From the IMG/VR virus record IMGVR_UViG_3300037786_000031, positions 1-26,612 of that record: 26,612 nucleotides of DNA; one strand, written 5' to 3'. Made by a program: the position numbers and the translations under genes. This DNA comes from a virus (taxonomy: Duplodnaviria; Caudoviricetes). Positions 7,026 through 17,256 of this stretch are shown one piece after another (the first letter of the stretch is position 1; each line of letters begins with the position of its first letter). The notes beneath the pieces were generated by a model. It was not told the origin of the DNA. It saw nothing but the letters and a program-made list of their open reading frames with translations, and did not search any database.

Positions 7026-9821
7026 ATGGCAAAGAAAAAGACACGATCTGGTGCAAGCAAGAAATCAGTAGAAGCAATTCAACATGATGAAGATAAAAGG
7101 AAAAACATTCCTACTGCTGAGTATCAGTCGGTAATGAAATCTGAAGAGAAAGAGGCAATTAAGTTTTCGTTCGAGAGGAGAAATAGAGACCTGGATCCAC
7201 AATTGGTTTGGAGGGGAAAGGACGAACAAGATTGGAGTGACCTAGTCGTAAATACCCCACCTCTCTATATCCAAGAAAAGGTACATCCAAAAGTTCTGAT
7301 AGATAAGCTGAGACTGTATTCAGAGAAGGACAAAAACCCATCCACAAATTATCAACCGAGTCTGTTCGATCAATTCAACGGAATTTCTAGTGGAGTAGAT
7401 AGAACTGAATTCTACCAACACGATCAAAACTGGACCAACAGGATGATTCTAGGAGACGCGCTTCCTGTGCTGGCTAGTTTGGCGGAGCGTGAAAATCTAA
7501 AGGGACAAGTTCAATGTATCTACATAGACCCACCTTATGGAATCAAGTTCAATAGCAACTTCCAGTGGAGCACAACTAGTCGCGACGTTAAGGACGGAAA
7601 CGTAAAACACATTACTAGGGAACCTGAGCAAGTAAAAGCATTCCGAGATACGTGGAGAGATGGAGTACACAGCTACTTGACCTACCTGAGAGATCGGTTA
7701 ACCGTGGCTCGGGATTTGCTTGCAGATTCGGGCTCGGTTTTTGTGCAGATTGGTGAGGAAAATGTACACAGAGTGCGATCACTTCTTGAGGAAGTTTTCG
7801 GACAGGATAATTTTGTTTCTCTAATCACGGTAAAAAAGACCGCAGTCCAGACAGACTTAGCCATATCAAGCGTATCTGATTATATTCTTTGGTTTTGCAA
7901 ATATAGGGCACAAATAAAGTATCGCCCGCTATTTCTATCAAAGAACATAGGTGATCCTGGATCCGAACAATATAGGTGGATTCGTGACGAAAAAGGTGAC
8001 TTTTGCCGAGTCAAAAATCAATCAGATTATTCAACAGGTCAACTATGTAGACCCGACAATCTTACGTCGAGTCACGAATACTCGCGCGGCAAAGAAGAAA
8101 TCAAGTTTCAGGGTAAAAAGTACAATCCTGGGGGAAGGTACTGGTCTACAAGTCCTGAATCCATTGAACGCTTGGGTAAGGCAGGAAGGTTGCATACTGG
8201 AGGTAGGACACTAAGTTACGTCCGATTTTTGTGCGATTTTTCGGTTATGCCATTATTAAACGTCTGGACTGATACAGGGACTGGTGGTTACGGCGACGAA
8301 CGTTTTTATGTTGTGCAGACAACAACAAAAATAATACAGCGATGTGTTTTAATGACCACCGACCCAGGAGACTTGGTTTTGGATCCAACCTGTGGCTCAG
8401 GCACAACAGCAGCAGTTGCGGAGCAGTGGGGGCGCAGATGGATAACGATCGATACTTCCAGAGTTGCGCTAGCGTTGGCAAGATCACGTTTGATGGGCGC
8501 TAGGTATCCATATTATTTGCTTGCTGATTCTGAAGAGGGTCAAGAGAAAGAAGCAGAAATATTAGGGAAGGAGATATCGAGCAAGCCGACATTTGGCAAG
8601 ATAAGACAGGGGTTCGTGTATGAGCGGGTGCCTCATGTGACAATGAAATCAATTGCAAATAATCAGCTAATTGACGCGGTCTGGGACAAATATAGCGAAG
8701 AAATTTCGCCATTGATTCAAAGGTTGAGCAAAGAACTTAAAATTGATGGTGCGCCGGAAGAGTACAAGATTCCTAGAGATCGAGGAAAAGATTGGACGGA
8801 TGATGTAGTAAAAAATTGGAAGCGTTATTGGGAAATTAGAAAGACGCGTCAACAAGAAATTGACAAATTAATAGATCGGACAGCCGAATCAGAAACGCTT
8901 TATGACAGACCTTATGTTGATAAAAATATCGTCAGAGTATCGGGTCCATTTACGGTAGAGAGTCTATCGCCTCATAGAATGGTTGCGGTTGACGAAAATG
9001 ACAACCCTATCGGTCTTAATGTCGAAGACAAATCAAATGAAGGGCAAATAGGGTTTGTCGATATGGTGTTGGAAAACCTGAAAACGTCAGGAGTTCAACA
9101 AAGCCACAAAGAAGATAGAATCCAGTTTCATTCTTTGAGTCCGTGGCCGGGTGAATTTGTTTGTGCCGAAGCGTGTTACATAGACAACGGTGGTGATGAT
9201 GTGAAAAGGAGGGCAGCTATATTTGTGGGTCCAGAGTTTGGAACCGTAACTCGACCTGATTTAGTAGAAGCTGCTAGAGAGGCAGGTGATTCAGGATTTG
9301 ACGTTTTGATAGCCTGTGCATTTAATTTTGATGCTCACACGACTGAATTCTCTAAATTAGGAAAAATACCAATCCTTAAAGCGCGAATGAATGCTGACCT
9401 TCATATGGCTGATGACCTAAAGAATACAGGCAAGGGAAACCTATTTGTCATTTTTGGGGAGCCGGATATCGACTTGATAAAAGATCGTGAAGCCTACCAG
9501 ATAAAGATAAATGGTGTAGATGTTTTTGATCCTCGATCTGGAGAAGTAAGGAGTGATGGTCCAGATGGTATAGCGTGTTGGTTCCTAGATACAGATTACA
9601 ACCAGGAAAGCTTTTTCGTAAGGCACGCGTACTTCTTAGGTGCTAATGATCCGTTCAAATCGCTAAAGAAGACCCTGAAGAGTGAAATAGATAAAGAAGC
9701 ATGGGAGTCTCTATATAGTGATACCTCAAGACCTTTTACTACTCCTGAGTCTGGCCGAATCGCTGTTAAAGTAATCAACTACCTTGGTGACGAGGTGATG
9801 AAAGTTATAAGGGTAGACTAA
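7026..9821 (+). CDS. mod: Type III-like Mod subunit, beta-class amino (probably m6A) DNA methyltransferase
   Basis: IYIDPPYGI (motif IV) precedes VLDPTCGSGTT (motif I). ATG at 7026 follows GGAGG and lies 1 nt after the res stop. Confidence 0.9.
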   Translation: MAKKKTRSGASKKSVEAIQHDEDKRKNIPTAEYQSVMKSEEKEAIKFSFERRNRDLDPQLVWRGKDEQDWSDLVVNTPPLYIQEKVHPKVLIDKLRLYSEKDKNPSTNYQPSLFDQFNGISSGVDRTEFYQHDQNWTNRMILGDALPVLASLAERENLKGQVQCIYIDPPYGIKFNSNFQWSTTSRDVKDGNVKHITREPEQVKAFRDTWRDGVHSYLTYLRDRLTVARDLLADSGSVFVQIGEENVHRVRSLLEEVFGQDNFVSLITVKKTAVQTDLAISSVSDYILWFCKYRAQIKYRPLFLSKNIGDPGSEQYRWIRDEKGDFCRVKNQSDYSTGQLCRPDNLTSSHEYSRGKEEIKFQGKKYNPGGRYWSTSPESIERLGKAGRLHTGGRTLSYVRFLCDFSVMPLLNVWTDTGTGGYGDERFYVVQTTTKIIQRCVLMTTDPGDLVLDPTCGSGTTAAVAEQWGRRWITIDTSRVALALARSRLMGARYPYYLLADSEEGQEKEAEILGKEISSKPTFGKIRQGFVYERVPHVTMKSIANNQLIDAVWDKYSEEISPLIQRLSKELKIDGAPEEYKIPRDRGKDWTDDVVKNWKRYWEIRKTRQQEIDKLIDRTAESETLYDRPYVDKNIVRVSGPFTVESLSPHRMVAVDENDNPIGLNVEDKSNEGQIGFVDMVLENLKTSGVQQSHKEDRIQFHSLSPWPGEFVCAEACYIDNGGDDVKRRAAIFVGPEFGTVTRPDLVEAAREAGDSGFDVLIACAFNFDAHTTEFSKLGKIPILKARMNADLHMADDLKNTGKGNLFVIFGEPDIDLIKDREAYQIKINGVDVFDPRSGEVRSDGPDGIACWFLDTDYNQESFFVRHAYFLGANDPFKSLKKTLKSEIDKEAWESLYSDTSRPFTTPESGRIAVKVINYLGDEVMKVIRVD

Positions 9822-11893
9822 TGGAATTTCGTATCGCAGACACGTTCAGTGTCAGCCTGGCACGCCTTACAGCCGATGAGCAGAAGGCGGTGAAAACGAC
9901 GGCATTTGATCTTCAGGTCAATCCCGCAAATCCAGGTTTAAGTTTTCACAAATTAGATCGCGCGCGCGATAAAGATTTCTGGTCGGTTCGTGTAAGCAGA
10001 GATATTCGGATTATTGTACATCGAAGTGAAGCCAGTCTCCTTCTTTGCTATGTAAATCACCACGATGATGCGTACAAATGGGCAGAGCGCCGCAAGCTTG
10101 AAACTCATCCAAAGACAGGAGCGGCTCAGATAGTCGAGATTCGCGAAACAATCCGCGAAATCGAGATACCTAAATATGTCGAAGCAGAACAAATGCCAGC
10201 TCCAAAGCCTGCACTATTCTCTTCACATGATGATGACGACCTCCTTTCATATGGGGTGCCTGCTGAGTGGTTGGAGGATGTAAAGGCAGCGAACGAGGAT
10301 TCGCTCCTTGCAATTACGGATCATCTACCATCAGAGGCTGCGGAAGCATTGCTCGAGCTGGCGACTGGTGGGAAACCCGACGTAACAGCGCCAGCACCGC
10401 AAAAGGCAGATCCGTTTGAACATCCAGATGCTCAACGTCGGTTCCGAATTATGTCTAGCGTTGAAGAGCTTGAGCGCGCGTTGGAGTACCCTTGGGATAA
10501 GTGGACCATTTTTTTACACCCTGAACAACGCAAAATTGTAACAAAAGATTACAACGGGCCGTCAAGGGTGTCGGGTTCTGCTGGTACTGGAAAGACGATC
10601 GTAGCTTTACACAGGGCGGTACACCTTGTGAGAATCGACCCAGATTCAAGAGTCCTTCTAACGACTTTCTCAGATATACTTGCCAACTCGCTGCGTACCA
10701 AAGTCAAACGACTTATAATCAACGAACCCAGATTGGGAGAGCGTCTAGATGTTGCAGCTTTAGATGAGCTTGGGCTTCGACTGTACAGATCGCACATTGG
10801 GGGCTTCAAGTTTGCCGACATTGGTTTTGTTCGCAATGTAATCAAGGAAGTCTATGACTCCCAGGTTGACAAGTTATTCAGTCTAACATTTGTGAATGCC
10901 GAGTGGGACCAGATCGTCGATGCCTGGCAGATTAGATCCTGGGATGACTATCGCGATGTAAAGAGATTAGGGCGGAAGACTCGTCTGTCGGAACAGAAAA
11001 GAGAGTGGCTTTGGTCAATTTATGCCAAGGTTATTGAGAAGCTTGATAGCCAGGGCATGGTTACGAATTCAGGGATGTATTCGAAGCTCGCAAATAAGTT
11101 CGCCAAGGACAAAAATTCGATTTTTGATCACATTGTTGTTGATGAGGCACAAGACGTCAACCCGGCACAGTTGCGCCTATTTGGAGTGCTTGTCGGGGAT
11201 AAGCCGAATGGGATTATGTTCACGGGTGACCTGGGTCAAAGGATATTTCAACAACCGTTCTCGTGGAAATCGCTTGGAATCGATTTACGCGGTAGATCAA
11301 AGACTTTGAGGGTAAATTACCGTACATCTCACCAAATACGGTCACAGGCAGATATGCTTCTTTCTACCGAGGTTGCAGATGTTGATGGCAATGTAGAGGT
11401 GAGAAAAGGCACTGTATCCGTGTTTAACGGACCATCACCAAAGGTTGAAAAACTAGAATCGCCGGAGGCTGAAACAAAATACGTTGCGGAATGGATCAAA
11501 AATCTCCTTTTAGAGGGTATCCAGCCGCACGAAATTGGGATATTTGTTCGTTCAAAGGACTTTTTGCAAAGGGCAATAGCGGTGGCAGAAGCGGCGTCAG
11601 TTCCTTACAAAGCAATAGACAATAAGATGGAAAGCATCAGTGGAAAGGTAGCCGTCAGCACGATGCACTTGGCCAAGGGCCTTGAATTTCGTGCCGTCGC
11701 AGTTATGGCATGCGACGACGAAATCATCCCACTCCAGGAACGAGTCGAAAGTATTGCGGACGACTCAGATCTGGAGGAGGTATACAACACCGAACGTCAT
11801 TTGCTTTATGTGGCATGCACCAGAGCACGCGACAACTTGCTGGTAACCAGTGGCGGTGACTCATCGGAGTTTCTTGATGATTTTGTGTTTTAG
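9821..11893 (+). CDS. UvrD/Rep-like SF1 helicase with an N-terminal RelE/ParE-like domain
   Basis: GSAGTGKT, VVDEAQD, GDLGQRI, NYRT, STMHLAKGLEF and YVACTRAR. The N-terminus (...NPANPGLSFHKL...FWSVRVSRDIRIIV) is RelE-like. TAATG overlap with mod. Confidence 0.85.
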   Translation: MEFRIADTFSVSLARLTADEQKAVKTTAFDLQVNPANPGLSFHKLDRARDKDFWSVRVSRDIRIIVHRSEASLLLCYVNHHDDAYKWAERRKLETHPKTGAAQIVEIRETIREIEIPKYVEAEQMPAPKPALFSSHDDDDLLSYGVPAEWLEDVKAANEDSLLAITDHLPSEAAEALLELATGGKPDVTAPAPQKADPFEHPDAQRRFRIMSSVEELERALEYPWDKWTIFLHPEQRKIVTKDYNGPSRVSGSAGTGKTIVALHRAVHLVRIDPDSRVLLTTFSDILANSLRTKVKRLIINEPRLGERLDVAALDELGLRLYRSHIGGFKFADIGFVRNVIKEVYDSQVDKLFSLTFVNAEWDQIVDAWQIRSWDDYRDVKRLGRKTRLSEQKREWLWSIYAKVIEKLDSQGMVTNSGMYSKLANKFAKDKNSIFDHIVVDEAQDVNPAQLRLFGVLVGDKPNGIMFTGDLGQRIFQQPFSWKSLGIDLRGRSKTLRVNYRTSHQIRSQADMLLSTEVADVDGNVEVRKGTVSVFNGPSPKVEKLESPEAETKYVAEWIKNLLLEGIQPHEIGIFVRSKDFLQRAIAVAEAASVPYKAIDNKMESISGKVAVSTMHLAKGLEFRAVAVMACDDEIIPLQERVESIADDSDLEEVYNTERHLLYVACTRARDNLLVTSGGDSSEFLDDFVF

Positions 11894-12090
11894 TATATAG
11901 TACAACTACGTTAAATTTTTCGAATGCCTTGAGGTGTAATTCTTACCCTCTGGCTTTGAATCCACTGCTTCATCGGCAAATCAAGGAATTGCGGAAACAA
12001 CTTAACTTCGTAGTACCAAATACCAACTAATATAGAGTAGTTGGCATTTTTCGGACGATGCTCTAGACTCGTATCCAAAGAGAAATGGAT

Positions 12091-12648
12091 ATGAGTTGCA
12101 ACCATCATAAAAAAGGCTCCAGTTGTAAAGTTGAGCCGATCAGCGATCTTCGAAAATAGCCATAATCAAAAGTCTATTGACTAACGAACCGTAAAATATC
12201 GCCATTTTCAAGCCGGGAATCAACTCGGCGCTTCGAGCCAGTGATCTTCTGGGTATTCGATTTGCCCAGATCAAAGATCTGGAGCCAGGAGAGTATTTCG
12301 AGGTCCGGGAACGAAAGACCAAAAAGAAGCGATTCAGGCTTATCTCGTAATAAGGACGCGAACGAGACAATATGCTTCGTTGTTAGTCTCTCGGAAAGGC
12401 CAAGGCCTGCGTATTTAGGTTTCCTCACTCCATAGGAAGGTAAAACGTTGGTGTGTTAACATAGGGCTGCAAGGCAACTATCGACCCATACCTTGCGCAA
12501 AACCTTTGGCTATCAGCAGCGGATAGCCTTTGGTCTTGGAACGGCCTAGCTTATGTTGATTTTTGACTATTCAATGGAACGCCAAAAACTTGGATACCTT
12601 GGTATCAAGTGTGACGAGATTCGCAATGTCCACTCGAACGCGCTTTGA
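12091..12648 (+). pseudogene. Small tyrosine recombinase pseudogene
   Basis: Across frames it reads KKGSSCKVEPI...GINSALRASDLL (from 12216)...EVRERKTKKKR...HTLRKTFGY (from 12487)...LGYLGI. Frameshift near 12156 and several internal stops. Not in the ORF track. Confidence 0.85.
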
Positions 12649-12690
12649 TGAGGTAGATTTAGAAGACTGAATGCGAATAATTTTTGTTCA

Positions 12691-12981
12691 AAGTTGGGTG
12701 GTATTAGTGGCATCGTTGATCCCTATAAGTAGCTTCCCCCCATTTTAAAAATTACTGATATTGAAAATCTTGAATTTCCGCTTTATCACGGCGATGATCT
12801 TGCCGATGCTGTATCAGCAATGACAGTATATGCAAAAATGCAATTTACTGAAATGTCGGATGAGGAGGGGAGCAGCCTTAAGGCGGCCCTTCTGAAATAC
12901 TGCGATCTAGATACCCTAGCTATGGTGATGCTTTATGGGTGTTGGGCCTATGAGGTTTGTGGATTACAATCTGTAGCATAA
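12691..12981 (+). pseudogene. C-terminal relic of a DUF2779-type (RNase H-like) protein
   Basis: Reads VDPYK*LPP...LADAVSAMTVYAKMQFTEMSDEE...KAALLKYCDLDTLAMVMLY. Internal TAG at 12730 and no N-terminus. Confidence 0.7.
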
Positions 12982-12994
12982 GAAAGGCCAAAAA

Positions 12995-14791
12995 ATGTCA
13001 TCAGACAAAAAGTACACTTTATACCAACCTGATATTGACCAAATTTTGAATTGGATTCGATCTGGAGAAATTGCTATACCCGAGATACAGCGCCCATTTG
13101 TTTGGTCGTCAACACAGGTACGGGACCTTCTTGATTCCTTGTATCGAGGATATCCTGTTGGCTACATTATTGCTTGGAAAAGTCCGGATGTTCGCTTGAA
13201 AGATGGTACATCATCTTCTGGTAGAAAAGTATTGATCGATGGACAACAAAGGGTGACTGCTTTAACGGCAGCTATTCTTGGGCAAAAGGTAATCAACAAG
13301 GATTACCAGAATGTTCGTATAAAAATATCTTATCATCCTGAGAAAGAAAAGTTTGAGGTATTAAACCCTGCAATAGAAAAGGATCAGACTTGGATTCCAG
13401 ATATTAGTACAGTTATCGCTACCAATGAAGTGTTCAAACTGGTTAAAGCATACTGCGATAAGAATCATGGCGTAAGCAATGAAGAAATTTTTGGAAAAAT
13501 TGAAAAATTAAGAAATATTACAGCCAAACAGTTGGGGTTGATTGAATTAGACCACGATCTTGATATTGAAACTGTAACCGATATTTTTATTCGAATAAAT
13601 TCCAAAGGGGTTGTGTTAAGTCAGGCAGACTTTGCGATGTCAAAGATAGCATCCAATGAAAACTATGATGGACATAATTTGAGAAAGTGTATCGATTATT
13701 TTTGCCACTGTGCCGTCGCTCCCGAGTTTCTTGATCACATTCAAAATCATGATAAATCCTTTGCAAAGACAGAATTTTCACCAAAAATTACGTGGCTTCG
13801 AAAAGAAAACGATGATTTATATGACCCTTCATACTCGGACTTGCTCAGGGTGGCATTTATTTCTAAGTTTAGTCGAGGAAAACTTTCCGACTTGGTCAGT
13901 TTGCTCTCTGGTAGAGATTTTGAAAAACGCGTCTATAAGGAAGAGATAGCAGAGGAATCATTTGAAAGGCTGAAAGATGGTGTTTATCATTTCATAAACG
14001 AAACAAACTTCAAACGTTTTTTGATGATCGTGAGATCAGCAGGGTTTATCGAACCCAGTCTTATTAGGTCCCGAAATGCCCTTAACTTTGCGTATGTTGT
14101 CTATCTTAAGCTGCGAGATGAAAAATATGAAGCTCATGATATTGAGAAATACGTCAAAAAGTGGCTTGTGATGTCAATTTTGACAGGCAGGTACTCTGGG
14201 TCAGCTGAGTCGACCTTTGATTTTGATATCCGAAGTATAAATGAAAAAGGGATGAAAAATTTTCTTGGTGAAGTCGAGGAAGCGGAGCTTTCGGAAGCTT
14301 TTTGGAACTCCGGGTTAATTCAGAGCCTTACGACATCAGTAGCTAGTAGTCCGAGTTTTAAAGTCTATCTGGCTGCTCAATGCAAATTTAATTCGAGAGG
14401 CTTTTTATCCAAAGATATCACCATTAAAAATTTGTTGGAACATAGGGGCGACATACATCATATTTTCCCGAAAGACTATCTAAAGAAAAATGGTTTATCG
14501 AAGGGAAAATACAACCAGATCGCAAACTATGTATACACTCAATCCGAAGTTAACATTGCGATATCCAATAAAGAGCCAAGAGTTTACCTAGACGAAGTTC
14601 GGGAGCAATGTAACGGAGGAAAACAGAAATATGGTGGGGTAATTGATGAGAAAGATTTAATAGAGAATCTCGTTGAAAATGATATCCCGCGAGAGATTTT
14701 TGAACTAGATATTGAAGGATATGATGATTTTTTGATGTTAAGACGTAAGTTGATATCAAAGAAGCTAAAGTCCTATTATGATCAGCTCTAA
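12995..14791 (+). CDS. GmrSD-family (DUF262 plus HNH-like C-terminus) modification-dependent restriction protein
   Basis: IPEIQRPFVW, IDGQQR and FIRINSKG (GmrS/DUF262); DIHHIFPK...NQIAN (GmrD-like). Confidence 0.85.
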   Translation: MSSDKKYTLYQPDIDQILNWIRSGEIAIPEIQRPFVWSSTQVRDLLDSLYRGYPVGYIIAWKSPDVRLKDGTSSSGRKVLIDGQQRVTALTAAILGQKVINKDYQNVRIKISYHPEKEKFEVLNPAIEKDQTWIPDISTVIATNEVFKLVKAYCDKNHGVSNEEIFGKIEKLRNITAKQLGLIELDHDLDIETVTDIFIRINSKGVVLSQADFAMSKIASNENYDGHNLRKCIDYFCHCAVAPEFLDHIQNHDKSFAKTEFSPKITWLRKENDDLYDPSYSDLLRVAFISKFSRGKLSDLVSLLSGRDFEKRVYKEEIAEESFERLKDGVYHFINETNFKRFLMIVRSAGFIEPSLIRSRNALNFAYVVYLKLRDEKYEAHDIEKYVKKWLVMSILTGRYSGSAESTFDFDIRSINEKGMKNFLGEVEEAELSEAFWNSGLIQSLTTSVASSPSFKVYLAAQCKFNSRGFLSKDITIKNLLEHRGDIHHIFPKDYLKKNGLSKGKYNQIANYVYTQSEVNIAISNKEPRVYLDEVREQCNGGKQKYGGVIDEKDLIENLVENDIPREIFELDIEGYDDFLMLRRKLISKKLKSYYDQL

Positions 14792-14882
14792 ATACCATGG
14801 TGGTGCTATGAGTATTGGGTCTATAAGGTTTGAGAGCTTAAAGTGGGAGGCGTGATGTTTACCGGATCAACTAGCGAGGCTT

Positions 14883-16121
14883 ATGCCCGTGTCCCGTGAA
14901 AATATGAAAAGAGAATTTGATTCAATATATCGTCTTATAGAAGATAATGGGGGGAGCTTGTATCTTAAAACAGAGAATAAAAAGAAAAAATTTGAGGTAG
15001 TGACGGGAAAATATGAAAATAGACCGAAAAAAGGTATCAAGCGGCTTACGGTAAAGAAAAATATTCACTATACGAGGGACACTTGGCCGCAATCTCAACA
15101 CAATCGTACCAGGGACTCTTACTCAAATTCGATCAGAAATTGGTATCGGCAGCAACCCAACTTACAACCTACTTATCCCTCGCCTCAAGAGATATTCAAT
15201 CAATTGCGTCAGAGCGAAAGTAGCTGGTCTTTCTACTGTCGACTTCGTGATGATCTCCTTGATTATCCTGGATCTTGGCGCCCTTCAATCAAACGCCAAT
15301 TGCCAACTTCTACAGTTTGGTATGGAGTGCGACTGAAGAATGGATACAGTTGTTTACCTTTCGGTATACGAATTGATGCCCAACTCATCATTCACTTTGG
15401 AATGCTAGCCAATGAAAATCGCCAACCATTTTGTGTCGAAAATAACCGGGCCGAGTATGCTCACCGTCTTGGAAAAGACTTGGATAAAACAATCTCCGAG
15501 ACCAAATGGAAAAATGGGGAACTTGTTGTACCTCTCTCGGAACTCTATCCAAAAAAATACAATCAGGTTCTCGATACTTTTAGGTGGTTTATTGACAAAT
15601 TCGAAGAATCCAACAAAGGAGATAATGAGTTTATTCGAAACGCAAGCATAGAAGACTTGTATGCAGAGTTAGAAACAGACTGTTCTCCTCGACCAGATAG
15701 TTCAGTTCAAGCTAAGCGTCGCCTTAGCAGCTCAAAAGACAGACCTCACCAAAAAAGGTTTAGAGATAAGATAACTATGGTCTACAAGAAAAAGTGCGCG
15801 GTTAGTGGGAGCGATCTCAATATTGTTTTACAAGCAGCTCACATACAACCATATCAAGGATGGGAATCGAACGCTGTTCAAAACGGCATTCTCCTTAGAA
15901 GTGACCTACATTTGTTATTTGATGCTCATCTTGCAACATTCAAGTACGAAAATGAGGAGCTTATTTTTCTTGTTCACTCATCAATAATTGATGAGTATTA
16001 CAGATCGTTTGACAGAAAGGCTGTTTTCCTTCCGAACGAACCCAGATATTGGCCGTGTAAGAACCTCCTGGAGGTCCATAACCAAATGTTTTTCTCCTTG
16101 CTACCCACCGTAATATTTTAG
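14883..16121 (+). CDS. HNH endonuclease with unrecognised N-terminal domains
   Basis: C-terminal QKRFR...Y..KCAVSG...LQAAHIQPY...NGILLRSDLHLLFD is an HNH_2-type pattern. Confidence 0.8.
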   Translation: MPVSRENMKREFDSIYRLIEDNGGSLYLKTENKKKKFEVVTGKYENRPKKGIKRLTVKKNIHYTRDTWPQSQHNRTRDSYSNSIRNWYRQQPNLQPTYPSPQEIFNQLRQSESSWSFYCRLRDDLLDYPGSWRPSIKRQLPTSTVWYGVRLKNGYSCLPFGIRIDAQLIIHFGMLANENRQPFCVENNRAEYAHRLGKDLDKTISETKWKNGELVVPLSELYPKKYNQVLDTFRWFIDKFEESNKGDNEFIRNASIEDLYAELETDCSPRPDSSVQAKRRLSSSKDRPHQKRFRDKITMVYKKKCAVSGSDLNIVLQAAHIQPYQGWESNAVQNGILLRSDLHLLFDAHLATFKYENEELIFLVHSSIIDEYYRSFDRKAVFLPNEPRYWPCKNLLEVHNQMFFSLLPTVIF

Positions 16122-16177
16122 AAAAGCTGGATGCCTACGATTGACGTTGACGCTTTTTTCGTACGATGAAATGTACA

Positions 16178-16200
16178 TAACGTAACAAAATGTTACGTTA
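16178..16200. promoter_or_regulatory. Perfect inverted repeat TAACGTAACA-AAA-TGTTACGTTA, candidate operator
   Basis: 10-bp arms with a 3-nt spacer, 18 bp upstream of the KfrA_N ATG. Confidence 0.6.
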
Positions 16201-16218
16201 CATGAAGGATGTTGCAAT

Positions 16219-16629
16219 ATGAGAGATGGTATTTCCTATGAAGATGTGGCTAGAGTGGCAAACAGACTGCGTGAGCAGGGGCTTAAACCTACGGTAAGGC
16301 TCATCAGGGCTGAACTCGGGACTGGCTCTCACAGCACCATTTCAAATCACCTTGCCATCTGGCAATGTTAACAGCGAAAGCAGGAGGACGCTAAGGCAGA
16401 CTTAAGCTATGTGGATCTTCTGAGTTCAAACCTCAAAAACGCTACAACCCCAAAAAAAGCAAATAGAAAATTTGTTGGGGGGATGCCCTCGCTGAGAGCC
16501 TTTCACATGAGATGGCAGAAAGACCCGTATACACGAGCGTCAAGTGTCCTTCGCATGTCGAAGAAAGCACATCCCCACGTGAAGCTTGTGCCACGCAAGC
16601 TGATGTCAGGATATCATGATCGGCGATAG
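16219..16629 (+). pseudogene. KfrA_N/TnpT-like DNA-binding protein, truncated by a nonsense codon
   Basis: Reads MRDGISYEDVARVANRLREQGLKPTVRLIRAELGTGSHSTISNHLAIW, then TAA at 16369-16371. The same frame continues into ORF 16411-16629. Confidence 0.75.
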
Positions 16630-16974
16630 GGATGGAACGGTTTGTTGAGTTGTCCCCAGCCTCTGTTGATAACTGACCCGATGACGCAAAAATAAGCAGA
16701 ACGCGCGAGTGTGGTAGCGTGATGCATATAAATTAACCACATTAAGCTACTATAGCGTACTTTTATGCAGGGTTTTTTGATCGCTCGGTCTTTTCATTTA
16801 ACTAATTGATATAGTTTGCTAAATAATATGTAAAACCCACACATATTGGCGGACAAGATTGTGCAGTTTTCTGATCACTTCAAATACGTCGATAAAATAC
16901 CGTTTATCCGTAGTATCTATTAACCGAAGAGATATTTGTCCGTAGGATCGCTGTAGTGCAAAATAGGTGATGGA

Positions 16975-17256
16975 ATGCAACTCAAGAAGAAGAGGGAAGA
17001 TTATGAATACTGTATTACGCTCTTACGTGATATGGCAGATGCTTATGAAACTCTTGCAGATGCCAACGGGCATGATGAACGTAATGATATAATCGAAGAA
17101 CGGTTGGGGTATTTAGCTTACGAAGTCGAACGGCTTGCTTTGATTCCCATTCCTAGGACTCAAGACGAAATTGCTAGTCAAATCGAAAAATTTAGCTCTT
17201 TTCGATCTGTTCGTAAGATAGAGATACGAACTAAGTATAAAACAGATATCACATGA
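16975..17256 (+). CDS. Hypothetical protein
   Basis: 93-aa ORF with helical composition and a GGTG-like RBS. No recognised motif. Confidence 0.5.
   Translation: MQLKKKREDYEYCITLLRDMADAYETLADANGHDERNDIIEERLGYLAYEVERLALIPIPRTQDEIASQIEKFSSFRSVRKIEIRTKYKTDIT

Noticed and set aside
4196-11790. Many short antisense or alternate-frame ORFs within res, mod and the helicase
   Set aside because: Shadow ORFs of long motif-bearing genes, with no independent signals.
11911-12435. Track ORFs 11911-12108, 12140-12370, 12174-12428 and 12241-12435
   Set aside because: The region is better explained by the recombinase pseudogene and its upstream sequence.
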